NCBI RefSeq assembly: GCF_001194135.2
Contig: NC_068983.1
Location: 39,863,716-39,900,736, forward strand
DNA: 37,021 nucleotides
Reading direction: 5' to 3'
Source of the DNA: Octopus bimaculoides
Taxonomy: Eukaryota
Part shown: positions 1 to 11,358 of the stretch, in pieces
How positions within the stretch are numbered: position 1 is the first letter of the stretch
Layout of the letters: each line of letters begins with the position of its first letter
Notes under the pieces: generated by a model
Told to the model about the DNA's origin: nothing
Seen by the model: the letters and a program-made list of their open reading frames with translations, nothing else
Databases searched by the model: none
Position numbers and translations under genes: made by a program

Positions 1-33
<33 letters not shown>

Positions 34-37
34 GTTT

Positions 38-249
38 GTGTGTCTGTGTTAGTCCTCCCACCATCGCTTGACAAACAATGTTGGTGTGGTTACATCACTG
101 TAACTTAGCGGTTCGGCAGCAAAAGAGACAGTTAGAATAAGTACTAGTCTTATAGAGAATAAGTCCTGGGGTCGACTTATTCGACTAAAGGCGGTGCTCC
201 AGCATCGCCGCACTCAAATGCCCGAAACAAATAAAAGAATAAAAGAATT
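38..249 (+). mobile_element. 3' half of tRNA-derived SINE, family B (here: the family with an internal microsatellite and an AAAAGAAT tail)
   Basis: Matches the 3' half of the full copies at 8813-9231 and 25555-25955 (gtaacttagcggttcggc, ctggggtcga, ggcggtgctccagcat) and ends in aaaagaataaaagaat. Confidence 0.8.
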
Positions 250-354
250 TCTGTTTTCAATTGCTGACTATGCAAAGATACATCTATGTATATTTGTGTG
301 AGTGTGTGCGCATGCGCTTGCATATGTGGTATGTATTACAAATGTTCTTAAGCG

Positions 355-412
355 TGGCTGCGTGTTCAGAACCTTGTTTCCCAACCACATGCTTCCGAGC
401 AAATGTCTTCCA
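355..412 (+). mobile_element. Truncated head of SINE family B, running into a gap
   Basis: ggctgcgtgttcagaaccttgtttcccaaccacatgcttccg resembles the family B head seen at 21333-21468 (minus). Confidence 0.5.
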
Positions 413-512
413 NNNNNNNNNNNNNNNNNNNNNNNNNNNNNNNNNNNNNNNNNNNNNNNNNNNNNNNNNNNNNNNNNNNNNNNNNNNNNNNNNNNNNNNN
501 NNNNNNNNNNNN

Positions 513-764
513 GAGAGAGAAACAGAGAGAGAGAGAGAGAGAGAAACAGAGAGAGAGAGAGACAACGAGGTAGGTATATAGAAGAAAGCAGAATGAGAGA
601 CAGAAAAAGAGTGATAAGGAGTGAGACAGAGATTAAGAGAGAGGGGGAGAAAAGGAGAGAGATAGTGAGTGAGGCAGGTAGAGAAATATAGGGAGAGGGA
701 GGGAGAGAGATAAAGAGAGAAGGGTGAAATATGGAGAACAGAGAGAGAGAGCAAAGATTAAGGC

Positions 765-796
<32 letters not shown>

Positions 797-1002
797 TATA
801 TATAGATAGATAGATAGAGAAACAGAGAGAGAGAGAGAGGGGAGAGAAATATAAGTAGAGAGATGGTGAGAGAGACAGGTAGAGAAATATAGGAAGAGGG
901 AGGGTGAGAGAGATAGAGAGACGGATGGGGGGGGGAGGAAATATGAAGAACAGAGAGAGAGAGAGAGGAAAGATTAAGGAAATAAATAGATAGATAGAGA
1001 GT

Positions 1003-1042
<40 letters not shown>

Positions 1043-1150
1043 TAAGGAGATAGAGAAAAGCAGACAGTAAGAGAGAGAAAATGATCAGAGTGATAAGGAG
1101 TCAGAGAGAGAGTGATTGAGAAAGATAAGTAGAAAGATAGTAAGAGATAG
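513..1150. repeat. Compound (GA)n/(GATA)n purine-rich microsatellite
   Basis: Seen directly. Confidence 0.95.
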
Positions 1151-1459
1151 GCATAGTGATAGAGAGAGGAAGAAAGGAGATAGAAGATAAGGGAAAGAAG
1201 GAAAGGAAGAAGTTAATGAGGTCCGAATTTATGGTTGTTATGGAATACAAGAATATTGGAATTGAAATTGGAATTAGTTATCGGCTGCTTAGTAATGGCG
1301 GACATTGTGGTGAAATGAAGGCAGCGGGTTTTACAGCCTGCAAATCATTGGCTGCCGGAGACATCTATATAACGTCATCAGCATCATCTGTGTCATCGCA
1401 ATTACTGGCAAAACCATCGCAGTTGTTGTCGCCACTGTAAGCGTCGTTGGTATTGTCGC

Positions 1460-1632
1460 CATTGTCATCATCATCATCATCATTACCAGCAGCAGCAGCA
1501 GCAGCAAAATAGCTATCATCATCGCCATCGCCACCGCCATCACTGTCAGCATCGGTGCCATCGTTTTCCTGGAGCTCCTCATTATGTTCCCTTTCGCTAT
1601 CATCATCTTCACAATCATCAACATCATCATCG

Positions 1633-1690
<58 letters not shown>

Positions 1691-1930
1691 TATCATCATC
1701 ACATTCACAAGCATCATGTTCATCATGTTCATAATTATTGTCAACGTCGTCATCGTCTTCCTTCTCCTCCTCTCCCCTCCTCAGCATCATCTCCGTCATC
1801 CTCACCATCATTGTCATCATCAGTATATATGTCATCATAATAACTACAAGCACCACACAGCCGACATCATAAGGATGAACCTTATCAGCATCACCATCAG
1901 TGCCATCTTCATCACCTTCAACATCATTAC
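1460..1930. repeat. Degenerate (CAT)n/(CAG)n trinucleotide tract
   Basis: Seen directly; it generates the poly-I, poly-M and poly-D ORFs. Confidence 0.9.
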
Positions 1931-2639
1931 GTATGATTCATGGCGAAACAGTCACACAACAACAACAACAACAACACTTAAACTAAACTACAAATATACA
2001 AAACAAACATAAACAAATAAACAAAGAACAAAAAGTGTCAAACTGAATAAATATTATATGTATATATATNNNNNNNNNNNNNNNNNNNNNNNNNNNNNNN
2101 NNNNNNNNNNNNNNNNNNNNNNNNNNNNNNNNNNNNNNNNNNNNNNNNNNNNNNNNNNNNNNNNNNNNNNNNNNNNNNNNNNNNNNNNNNNNNNNNNNNN
2201 NNNNNNNNNNNNNNNNNNNNNNNNNNNNNNNNNNNNNNNNNNNNNNNNNNNNNNNNNNNNNNNNNNNNNNNNNNNNNNNNNNNNNNNNNNNNNNNNNNNN
2301 NNNNNNNNNNNNNNNNNNNNNNNNNNNNNNNNNNNNNNNNNNNNNNNNNNNNNNNNNNNNNNNNNNNNNNNNNNNNNNNNNNNNNNNNNNNNNNNNNNNN
2401 NNNNNNNNNNNNNNNNNNNNNNNNNNNNNNNNNNNNNNNNNNNNNNNNNNNNNNNNNNNNNNNNNNNNNNNNNNNNNNNNNNNNNNNNNNNNNNNNNNNN
2501 NNNNNNNNNNNNNNNNNNNNNNNNNNNNNNNNNNNNNNNNNNNNNNNNNNNNNNNNNNNNNNNNNNNNNNNNNNNNNNNNNNNNNNNNGCTTCGAATATG
2601 TATGTTTATATGTATATATAGGGGAGAATTCACAAAAAA

Positions 2640-3045
2640 AAACAAATGACGAAGACAGGTGGTGTACATAACAAACAGATGCATTAGTTTAACGCTCGGG
2701 AAGTGAAAAAGTCTTTAACGTTTCGAGCCTACGCTCTTCTACAGAAAGTAACACAGAAAGAAACAAGGGTAGAAAATAAAGAATGTGTAGTGGCTAGCGA
2801 TCTATCATGGCGAATACGGGACAGAAGAGTCACACAGGAGAGCTAGGAAGAAAGGGAGATAATAAATTAGTGGTGATCCCAAAACGAAGGCGCGCATGCG
2901 TGTGTATAAGAGAGTATTATGTGCGTGTGGAAGAGGGCTGGTGACCTTGAAGTGTGCGGGTGTATGTGTAGGTGTGTAGATGTGAAGCTGGGAAATGGTT
3001 AGTGCTAGTGTGCGCGTGCTGGTGTGATGTGATGTGGTGTTATGT

Positions 3046-3050
<5 letters not shown>
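2640..3050 (-). mobile_element. Probable Penelope-like element terminal region with a hammerhead-like motif
   Basis: Minus strand reads CUUU-CUGUAGAA-GAG(CGUAGG)CUC-GAAAC-GUU-AAAG at 2748-2713. It abuts a (TA)n tract and gaps. Confidence 0.5.
2713..2748 (-). ncRNA. Variant minimal type-I hammerhead-like motif
   Basis: 4-bp stem I, 3-bp stem II, GAAA, palindromic ACGU stem III with no loop. Core is CUGUAGAA instead of CUGANGA(A). Confidence 0.45.
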
Positions 3051-3078
<28 letters not shown>

Positions 3079-3235
3079 NNNNNNNNNNNNNNNNNNNNNN
3101 NNNNNNNNNNNNNNNNNNNNNNNNNNNNNNNNNNNNNNNNNNNNNNNNNNNNNNNNNNNNNNNNNNNNNNNNNNNNNNNNNNNNNNNNNNNNNNNNNNNN
3201 NNNNNNNNNNNNNNNNNNNNNNNNNNNNNNNNNNN

Positions 3236-3946
3236 AAGCAAGAAGGACTGATTGGATAAAAGCCAAGATAGACAAAAACCAAGTAAATTCCCAATATAGG
3301 TTACGCAAATAAAAAACGGAAAGCGTTACTCATATAGTAAGTGAATGTAGCATGCTGGCACAGAAAGAATACAAGAAAAGAATGACAATCTAGGGAGAGT
3401 ACTCCACTGGGAGTTATGTAGAAATCTAGGATTTGACCACACTGATAAATGGTATGAACATGAAGCTGGTAAAGTACTAGAAAGTAAGAATGATAAGATG
3501 TGGGGCTTTAACATTCAGACTGACAGAGTAATAGAAGCTAGAAGACCTGATTTAGTAGTAGTAGATAAAGAGAATAGAAAGGGCCAGATGATAGTCTTTA
3601 CAGTCCCAAATGATGAAAAAGTCAAAATGAGAGGTATAGAAAAAATAGCAAAGTAGAAGAACCTGGCCATTGAATTACAAATACTATGGAGAGTGAGGTA
3701 AAATGCATCCCAGTAGTTGTAGGTACATTAAGAACTATCCCTAAAGGTCTGAACAGAAGGATAGAGGAAATAGGCATAAAACCCAGTTTAGTACAGCTCC
3801 AGAAAGCAGTGTTATTAAGAACTGCTAGGATGCTTAGGAGGGTTTTTGGCATCTAAGTTTACTTGTTGTAACCCGATATTAGGATTTTTTTCTCCAACAG
3901 TCTAATCTGTTGTGTGCATATATAAAAATAAAAAATAAAAATAAAA
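3236..3946 (+). mobile_element. 3' remnant of an RLE-type non-LTR retrotransposon (R2/R4/Dong-like), with stops and frameshifts
   Basis: Piecewise translation gives KTESVTHIVSECSMLAQKEYK (zinc-knuckle remnant), LHWELC, KWYEH, NIQTDRVIEARRPDLVVVDK (PD..D endonuclease), IPVVVGTL and LQKAVLLRTARMLRRVFGI* (stop 3854-3856), then a short UTR and an A-rich tail. Confidence 0.9.
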
Positions 3947-3947
3947 A

Positions 3948-4161
3948 TAATAATCCTTTCTACAGGAGGCACAAGGCATCACATTTGTGGGAAGGGGACT
4001 AGCCGATGACATCGACCCCAATGTTTCATTGGTACTTAATTTATCGACCCCAAAAGGATGAAAGGTAAAGTCGACCTCGGCGAAATAATGATTGGAGCAA
4101 CGGGTGAAATACTGCTAAGCAAATCGTCCATCGTGCTAACGATTCCGCCAACTCACCAGCT
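3948..4161 (-). mobile_element. tRNA-derived SINE, family A (ggcggcgagctggcagaa... type)
   Basis: Reverse complement of the copies at 24470-25113 and 32577-32809; ggggtcgataaattaagtacc core. Confidence 0.9.
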
Positions 4162-4163
4162 TA

Positions 4164-4190
4164 ATAATGATAATAGTGATGATGATGATG

Positions 4191-4252
<62 letters not shown>
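4164..4252. repeat. (GAT)n/(AAT)n microsatellite
   Basis: Seen directly. Confidence 0.95.
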
Positions 4253-4712
4253 GGTAATATGACAATAATCTAGGCACTAATGCATCTTTAAGGGATGACA
4301 TTTGCAAATCAATAGAAGTTTTATTTGCGTCCCTGCCACTTTATTTTCAAATTGATGTTTTCTACTATCTTACGAAAATTGCCTTAAGGCTTGTTGATGT
4401 TATGCCTCTAGCTAGAATAAGTCTGTCACATTGAATATCTCTTAATTAAAACTGTTTGCTCGCAGCGCATCTGCTTTAAATTCTACACAAAAATTGCTCG
4501 TAGTGTTTGCAATAAAGTTTACTGACGAGAAAATCCTGAAATAATCGTAAGTTAAAGTATATTTTGGTACTTGCTGTTATGTATTGCACCAGAAGAGGGT
4601 ATTAATACTCAGGTTTTTATTTCAGTTTATTCTCATGTTTTTTGAATACACACACACACTCACACACATGCACATACACATAAATAATATATATTTGTAT
4701 ATGTATGTATGT

Positions 4713-4763
<51 letters not shown>

Positions 4764-5294
4764 TGTGTGTGTGTGTATTAGAGTTTGTCAGAATTAATGT
4801 GAACGGTTTTATAACACATTCCGTACCTTCTTTCTTTCATTTTTTTCTCTCTTTTCAATGGACGATAAAATTGTAAATTTTCTTTTGTATTGTGGACAAT
4901 AAAACATGATTTATCATCTCTGATATCCTTCAATTATTAACAGCTCGAAATATTTTTTCAAATACACTTCAGCTTTTGAGGAAACAGAAGTGCAGAAGTA
5001 TTAAGTTTAAACTTATTATTAAAATACCGCTGTTCATTATAATTGCAGGTAGGGACACCATATTTCGTTACGATACCACACTATACTACCGAGTATATTA
5101 AAGGCTTATAAAGTAATATTGCTCCCACCTATGTTAGCCTATGTTAGCCTATGTGGAAAGTTATCTCTACAGATTTCATTTAGTTTAGAGCCATCACTGA
5201 AAGTTACGACGTTTCGTGTGCGAATATGTCTATATAAACAATGCGATCAATGACAGAAAATTACGTCATGGAAGTGTATGACTTTTCAAGTGAT

Positions 5295-5430
5295 TCTTCT
5301 TCTTCTTCTTCTTCTTCTTCTTCTTCTTCTTCTTCTTCTTCTTCTTCTTCTTCTTCTTCTTCTTCTTCTTCTTCTTCTTCTTCTTCTTCTTCTTCTTCTT
5401 CTTCTTCTTCTTCTTCTCCTTCTTCTTCTT
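5295..5430. repeat. (CTT)n microsatellite, about 40 units
   Basis: Seen directly. Confidence 0.97.
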
Positions 5431-5621
5431 CCTCCTCTTTCCCTTAGTGGCTATCTAAGCAATGGGTTCATTGATGGTTAATGAGTTGGATGTAATGCCG
5501 AAGAAGGAGCAATGACTCCCGAAATGTGCGTATACACTCATTACGCATTTTTGCTAACTTCGATCGCATTGCTCACGTAGACGTATTCGTACATAAAACG
5601 TATTCGTACATAAATTTCGTA

Positions 5622-5925
5622 ACTAGGAATATAGTCTATACTATAAGATGCACTGAGGCACGGTGCAGAAACAGGACAATGACATACATTAGAGAGACAG
5701 CACGTAGCATAGTTGAACGGTTAGGTAAACTGGTGAGAGCTCAAAGAGGAGAAAATCTCGTCAGTGATCTACAAACAGGGTTAATTTAAACATGGAGGCT
5801 CGGTTAATAACATAGATGTTAAGATATTATCAACACTTTGCAGACACATGACACTCAGATACATTACGGAAGTCATACACAATAGAAGATAGACTGAACT
5901 TCAAGAGAACACATGAATGGAATAA
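5622..5925 (+). pseudogene. Degenerate GIY-YIG endonuclease domain of a Penelope-like element
   Basis: TRNIVYTIRC...MTYIRETARSIVERL matches the PLE GIY-YIG pattern VY.I.C...YIGET.RS..ERL. After a frameshift at about 5788 it continues KHGGSVNNIDVKILS...LRYITEVIH. Confidence 0.75.
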
Positions 5926-6661
5926 TAACAACCACTCTACTCACCCACACTATGCAACCTAACGACTTAAGATAGAATGAGAAGAATAAAAAGACTTAGA
6001 TACAAACAATATAATACATAGACCCATACACACCCGACATACATACACATACTAAAGAGAGAATAAGAAGAAAAAATAGAAATAAATAAAAATGAAATAG
6101 AATAACAACATAAAAGACATGGAAACAGTGTACTAAGCAAACACATATACACACACATAAAATACACACACTAAACAAATAGGCACGCGCGCGCGCACAC
6201 ATGCAAACACAAACGTATGTACAGATAAGGGTTAATACAACACAAAGACAAAATGGAATAAAAGTGAAATCTGGGATACTGAGTTGTTGAAGGCGTCACA
6301 GGATGTATAACGAAAGAGCTTTGACAAAGGAACAGAATAATAACAATAATAATAATAAAGCTGAAGTGAACACCAAATATACAGTGCATGTGTTTAATTG
6401 GCAAAATACGACCCTCCCCGAGTATAATAATATCTGTTTCAACACACGATTTCACAACACACTGTGTACCTCTTGTGTGGCTGCACAGTGTGCACATTGT
6501 GCTCAGGCAAGTTGAAATTCGAAGTAGCGAGTAACTACATATTCAGTTTAAATTGATCCATTTGAAAATCTAATTTGAATTGAGTCATTTCAAACTACTC
6601 CTACGGTTTGTTAACCTGGGATTCCCAAATGACAAAGTAACCTTCATATAATTAAGGCATC

Positions 6662-6751
6662 TTCAGCCTGATGAGAAGCTAGTTGCGTACCCCTCGATGA
6701 GTAATTATAACATCAGAGGCTCTGCAAGCTAGGAAACATATGTAGCCTGGA
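6662..6751 (+). ncRNA. Type-I hammerhead-like motif with a long stem II
   Basis: CUGAUGA at 6668-6674; stem II of four short helices (6679-6732); GAAAC-AUAU-GUA at 6733-6744; stem I uucagc / gc(c)ugga. The G10.1-C11.1 pair is missing. Confidence 0.6.
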
Positions 6752-7459
6752 TTTAACCTGCTCCATCCCCTCAATTTCAATTTTCGCATTCATAGCAACA
6801 TTAGTTGATAGCCGTGAGCTATACAGAAATTTTCAACTTTTCGAATTTCTTCGTAAACTTCGATATAGGAAAAAGTGTGTAATCTTCAACGCTAATAAAT
6901 TCTTATTCCTCCTGAACTAACACGGTTCACCTTTTGTTTTCTACTCCTACCAAAGACAGCTTGAAGCTTACTAACTTCCTACACTTGGATCTCACCTTTA
7001 TGTATGTATGTATGTATGTATGTATGTATGTATGTATGTATGTATAGGCTGGAGATGGCAAGGATGACTTCCCTTTGCAAATACTGATAAGGCACAGAAA
7101 GTGTGTCAATAGCCAGCTGGAGATGTCTTCCTGGGGCTACAAGCTACAGTAACATCAACCCTTAAGGTTTAGCCACATTTAGGCGGCAAATATACTGCAC
7201 GATGTCGTGCAGCTACTGTTTAGTAGAGATTTATTATTGCTTTTATATATATATATAACATACATATAACATGTGTGTATATATTTTATTATAAGTATAT
7301 GCATATAGTTGTGTGTACGTATATGTGTGTGTACGTATATGTGTGTGTACGTGTAACTATGTATATAGCGTAAGTAGTAAACAACAAAAGATAACGAATG
7401 GTAGAGAAGCTTTTAAAAGAAATGTTAGATTAGCTCTTTAGAAAGACAGGAAGACTCGT

Positions 7460-7487
7460 AACGTTTTGGACTTTAGTTCTTCATCTG
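7460..7487 (-). ncRNA. Decayed minimal hammerhead-like motif
   Basis: CAGAUGAA-GAAC(UAAA)GUCC-AAAAC-GUU: two core substitutions, one stem II mismatch, no stem I. Confidence 0.3.
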
Positions 7488-7738
7488 AAGAAATAGAGAA
7501 GCAAATGAGCGATTAAGAAAAATAGCCAAAGAGAAAGGGAAAAAAGCATCTGCATGTATGTATGAATATATGAATGCGTATACATATGAGTGCTTTTACT
7601 GTATGTGTTGTTAACTACGGAAAATTTGTTACTGAGTTGGCACATAATCATATGTGAATGCTTGAGATTGTTTGTGTGTGCATTTCTGTATTGGTGTAAG
7701 TGTATACATATATGTTTGTGTATATGTGTGCTTATGTA

Positions 7739-7782
<44 letters not shown>

Positions 7783-8510
7783 GTATTAACTGATGTACTC
7801 AATAAATGCACAATTTGTGCTGGATAAAAAAAAAAAAGTATGAATAAATGACGGCATCGTCCCAACCGAACGTCAATTATTGCGGTAAACATGTTTATGT
7901 AGAATATTTCTCCAACTCACTTACACAGCTTACTTTTATTTTTCCTCTATCCTTTGCTTCTTATCAATAAAATCATATTTTTATTTCTTGGATTATCAAA
8001 ACTCATCATTTAAATTTTGATGTTAAATTGGAAAAATGGACGTCTACAATCCACGTAGCAGTTATTACACATCAAATTCTAACGATATTAANNNNNNNNN
8101 NNNNNNNNNNNNNNNNNNNNNNNNNNNNNNNNNNNNNNNNNNNNNNNNNNNNNNNNNNNNNNNNNNNNNNNNNNNNNNNNNNNNNNNNNNNNNNNNNNNN
8201 NNNNNNNNNNNNNNNNNNNNNNNNNNNNNNNNNNNNNNNNNNNNNNNNNNNNNNNNNNNNNNNNNNNNNNNNNNNNNNNNNNNNNNNNNNNNNNNNNNNN
8301 NNNNNNNNNNNNNNNNNNNNNNNNNNNNNNNNNNNNNNNNNNNNNNNNNTATATATGATATTATACTATAGTATATTTTATATGCACATTATACTTGCCG
8401 AACGTAGATAATTTTGAAAACTTAATTCTCATCGTAACGAAAATATCTATCTTAAGCAATTTCGTTGCGTTTAAGTTAGTTTGTATTACGAACGTTTTAT
8501 TATGAATGTA

Positions 8511-8700
8511 CGTGGCTTAATGAAAAGGGTGTAGGTTCACCATTTAATGTCCTGTGTTCGATTCCTGGACGGACTCTTTAACGAGTTACTTCATTATACA
8601 ATACTGCAGTGTATTCAGGGCTGGCGTTGCATGCATATTTATCCAGTTTTCACATTCTCGATAGTCCCCTGGGTCAAGTGTAAATCGTAGAGATCAGTAT
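8511..8700 (+). mobile_element. Old tRNA-derived SINE remnant
   Basis: A-box-like TGGCTTAATG at 8513 and B-box GTTCGATTCC at 8556-8565, with no cloverleaf. Confidence 0.5.
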
Positions 8701-8812
8701 CTATGTATGCTCTCAACCATATAGGCACCTAAAACAAACAATTAGTGAAAAAATGTTAGATGTTACAAAGTTACATTTGCTTTCAAATGACGTCTATACA
8801 CATACATATGTA

Positions 8813-9033
8813 TCTCTTATCTTTGGCGTATTTCACTCTTTGAAGGGAAGACATGCTTGTATACCGCCTCAAAGGGCTTAGTCGAGCAAGCCCACCTGCG
8901 TACTTTTATTCTTAGGTCTGGCACCGATTCTATCGTTTTCTGTTGGCGAGCCGCTAACTTACAGGGACGGAAAGAAACCAACACTTGCTGTCAAACGGTG
9001 GAATATGACAAACACTAATGTAAAAACAAGACA

Positions 9034-9080
<47 letters not shown>

Positions 9081-9231
9081 ACGCTTATTACGGTCATCTA
9101 TAGTTTCCGTCTAGCAATTCATTTACAAAGGTATTCTATAATAGAAGACATTTGCTCAATGTGCCGCGCAGTGGGACTGAATCCAAAACTACATGGATCG
9201 AAAGCGAGATTCTTAACCACATAGCCATGCC
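8813..9231 (-). mobile_element. Full-length SINE, family B, with an internal (CA)n tract
   Basis: Minus-strand head gcatggctatgtggttaagaatctcgct...ttcagtcccactgcgcggcac; body matches 25555-25955. Confidence 0.85.
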
Positions 9232-9699
9232 CGAAATTTTGAAAATGTTCCTCTTTTGCTTTTGTAGATGCGGAAGTTGTAAGTTTCGTAATATATACCA
9301 GGCATGGGTGACCCTTATTCGAGAACCGGGCAGTATGATACATACCTTATCATCTGGTGGGCCGCACTATTGAAATAATTTAAGGTAATCTGCTGGTTGC
9401 ATCTTGCCCATGATTGCTGTGAAATGTTATATCGGTCACACAAGTCAAATGCATGCAAACACACGCACGTATCTCTTTACCCTGTTACATTCAATTAACA
9501 ATTATGTACGGTTAAATATGTCCTTTAAATTGATTATTCGGCAGTATATATACAGATAACCAAATCAATCAAAGTTGACAATTATGAAACAGTAAAACCT
9601 AATTAGTAATTAATTACCGATGTATTTCCCACTATTTCCAAATGCTGATAATCTACAAAGATTATATATGTACAAGTTCAAGCCTAGTTGTGTGGTAAG

Positions 9700-10120
9700 A
9701 AGTTTGCTTCTAGCCACATGGAAAGGATTAACAAGTTTGCTTTTAGCCACATGGAAAGGTTTAACAAGTTTGCTTTTAGCCACATGGAAAGGATTAACAA
9801 GTTTGCTTCTAGCCACATGGAATGGTTTAACAAGTTTGCTTCTAGCCACATGGAATAGTTTAACAAGTCTGCTTCTAGCCACATGGAATGGTTTAACAAT
9901 TTTGCTTCTAGCCACATGGAAAGGTGTAACAAGTTTGCTTCTAGCCACATGGAAAGGGGAACAAGTTTGCTTCTAGCTATGTGGAATGGTTTAACAAGTT
10001 TGCTTCTAGCCACATGGAAGGTTTAACGAGTTTGCTTCTAGCTACATGGAAAGGTTGAACAAGTTTGCTTCTAGCCACATGGAGAGGTTTAAGTTTGCTT
10101 CTAGCCACATGGAAAGGTTT
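9700..10120 (+). repeat. Minisatellite, 13 units of about 33 bp (AAGTTTGCTTCTAGCCACATGGAAAGGTTTAAC)
   Basis: Units counted by eye, starting at 9700, 9733, 9766, 9799, 9832, 9865, 9898, 9931, 9963, 9996, 10028, 10061 and 10091. No unique spacers. Confidence 0.97.
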
Positions 10121-10159
10121 TATGGGAAGCAGGTAGCAGGTAAGGATATGGATATTAGC

Positions 10160-10262
10160 GTGTAATTATTGCGTTGAAAACCCTTTGGAAAGAAAAAGTC
10201 GAAGACCGCGGGCTACCTTTTAATTTTTCTATCCAAACGCGTTCTCAATGCAATATTTACAC
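10160..10262. repeat. Imperfect inverted repeat, 38/39-bp arms with a 26-nt loop
   Basis: gtgtaattattgcgttgaaaaccctttggaaagaaaaa versus the reverse complement of 10224-10262, gtgtaaatattgcattgagaacgcgtttggatagaaaaa. Confidence 0.75.
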
Positions 10263-11313
10263 TTACACGCTTCATTAAACCGATATGAGAAAGAAATATT
10301 TCATGTTCTCTCGAAGTTTCTAGACTTTTATGCCGTCAAAAATTTATATGTATGTATGTACGCATGTACGTATTTATGTAAATACATACATACTCACACA
10401 CACTTATATNNNNNNNNNNNNNNNNNNNNNNNNNNNNNNNNNNNNNNNNNNNNNNNNNNNNNNNNNNNNNNNNNNNNNNNNNNNNNNNNNNNNNNNNNNN
10501 NNNNNNNNNNNNNNNNNNNNNNNNNNNNNNNNNNNNNNNNNNNNNNNNNNNNNNNNNNNNNNNNNNNNNNNNNNNNNNNNNNNNNNNNNNNNNNNNNNNN
10601 NNNNNNNNNNNNNNNNNNNNNNNNNNNNNNNNNNNNNNNNNNNNNNNNNNNNNNNNNNNNNNNNNNNNNNNNNNNNNAAGAGGAAAAATGAGAATTTTGT
10701 TTTTTAAGACTCTTCAGAAGCCGATAGTGACCTTCATTTGAAATAGATGAGGTGAACACAGTCAATGAGGTGTTTCCTACGATCAAAGCTTCCACTTTGT
10801 AATCTACTGACTTTAGCTCTTTTACGACTGAACGGAAAACTTTAGACTTCATTTTTATGGGTTTTTTCTTCTTTCTTTTTACATAACTGACGTCTCTTCC
10901 TACTCTCTCCTTTACTTTTTTTCCATATGAGATTTATTATTTCCAATTTCCTTCGCGATGTCTGCCAGTCTCATTTTAAGAAACACTTCTCGCGGTTCTT
11001 AGTTTGTTCATTGAAACAAGTCAACATTTTTGGTCTTTGTCTCAGTGGATTGTTTCGCACACACCCCTGGGAATTACACTTTGTCTCATATTGGTCTTCC
11101 TTTGTAGGACAAATTTAATGCATATGGCTTACAGTATTAAAATAAATTGCCCTGGTTTCATGTTATTGTGGGTCTATTGCTAAATTTATTTTAGATATAT
11201 ATATCTATACGTGTGTATGTACGAATACGTATGCGTACACATACACATCACACGTCTGTATGCCTGTCTGTATATATGTCTGTATGCATGTATGTATCTA
11301 TATATGTATGCAA

Positions 11314-11358
<45 letters not shown>

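Noticed and set aside
1331-2012. Poly-M, poly-D and poly-I ORFs
   Set aside because: Translations of a (CAT)n tract in several frames on both strands; no splice or homology support.
4524-4560. CTGACGA...GAAAT...GTA hammerhead-like spacing
   Set aside because: Stem II and stem I do not pair; such core matches are expected by chance in 37 kb.
5205-5262. Minus-strand GAAACGTC motif
   Set aside because: No recognisable CUGANGA core or stem I.
6303-6515. 70-aa Cys-containing ORF ending at CAG/GCAAGT (GC-type donor)
   Set aside because: No pyrimidine-rich acceptor, no recognisable protein, and it lies between the PLE endonuclease and its ribozyme, so it is probably element UTR. Not fully excluded.
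9610-10013. CRISPR-like array or 11-aa repeat proteins (three ORFs)
   Set aside because: Units are contiguous with no unique spacers, there are no cas genes and the context is eukaryotic. The ORFs follow simply from the 33-bp period.
10690-11120. Protein-like minus-strand fragments (KVFRSVVKELKSVDYKVEALIVG)
   Set aside because: Frames are broken by stops, splice sites are weak and no family is recognised.
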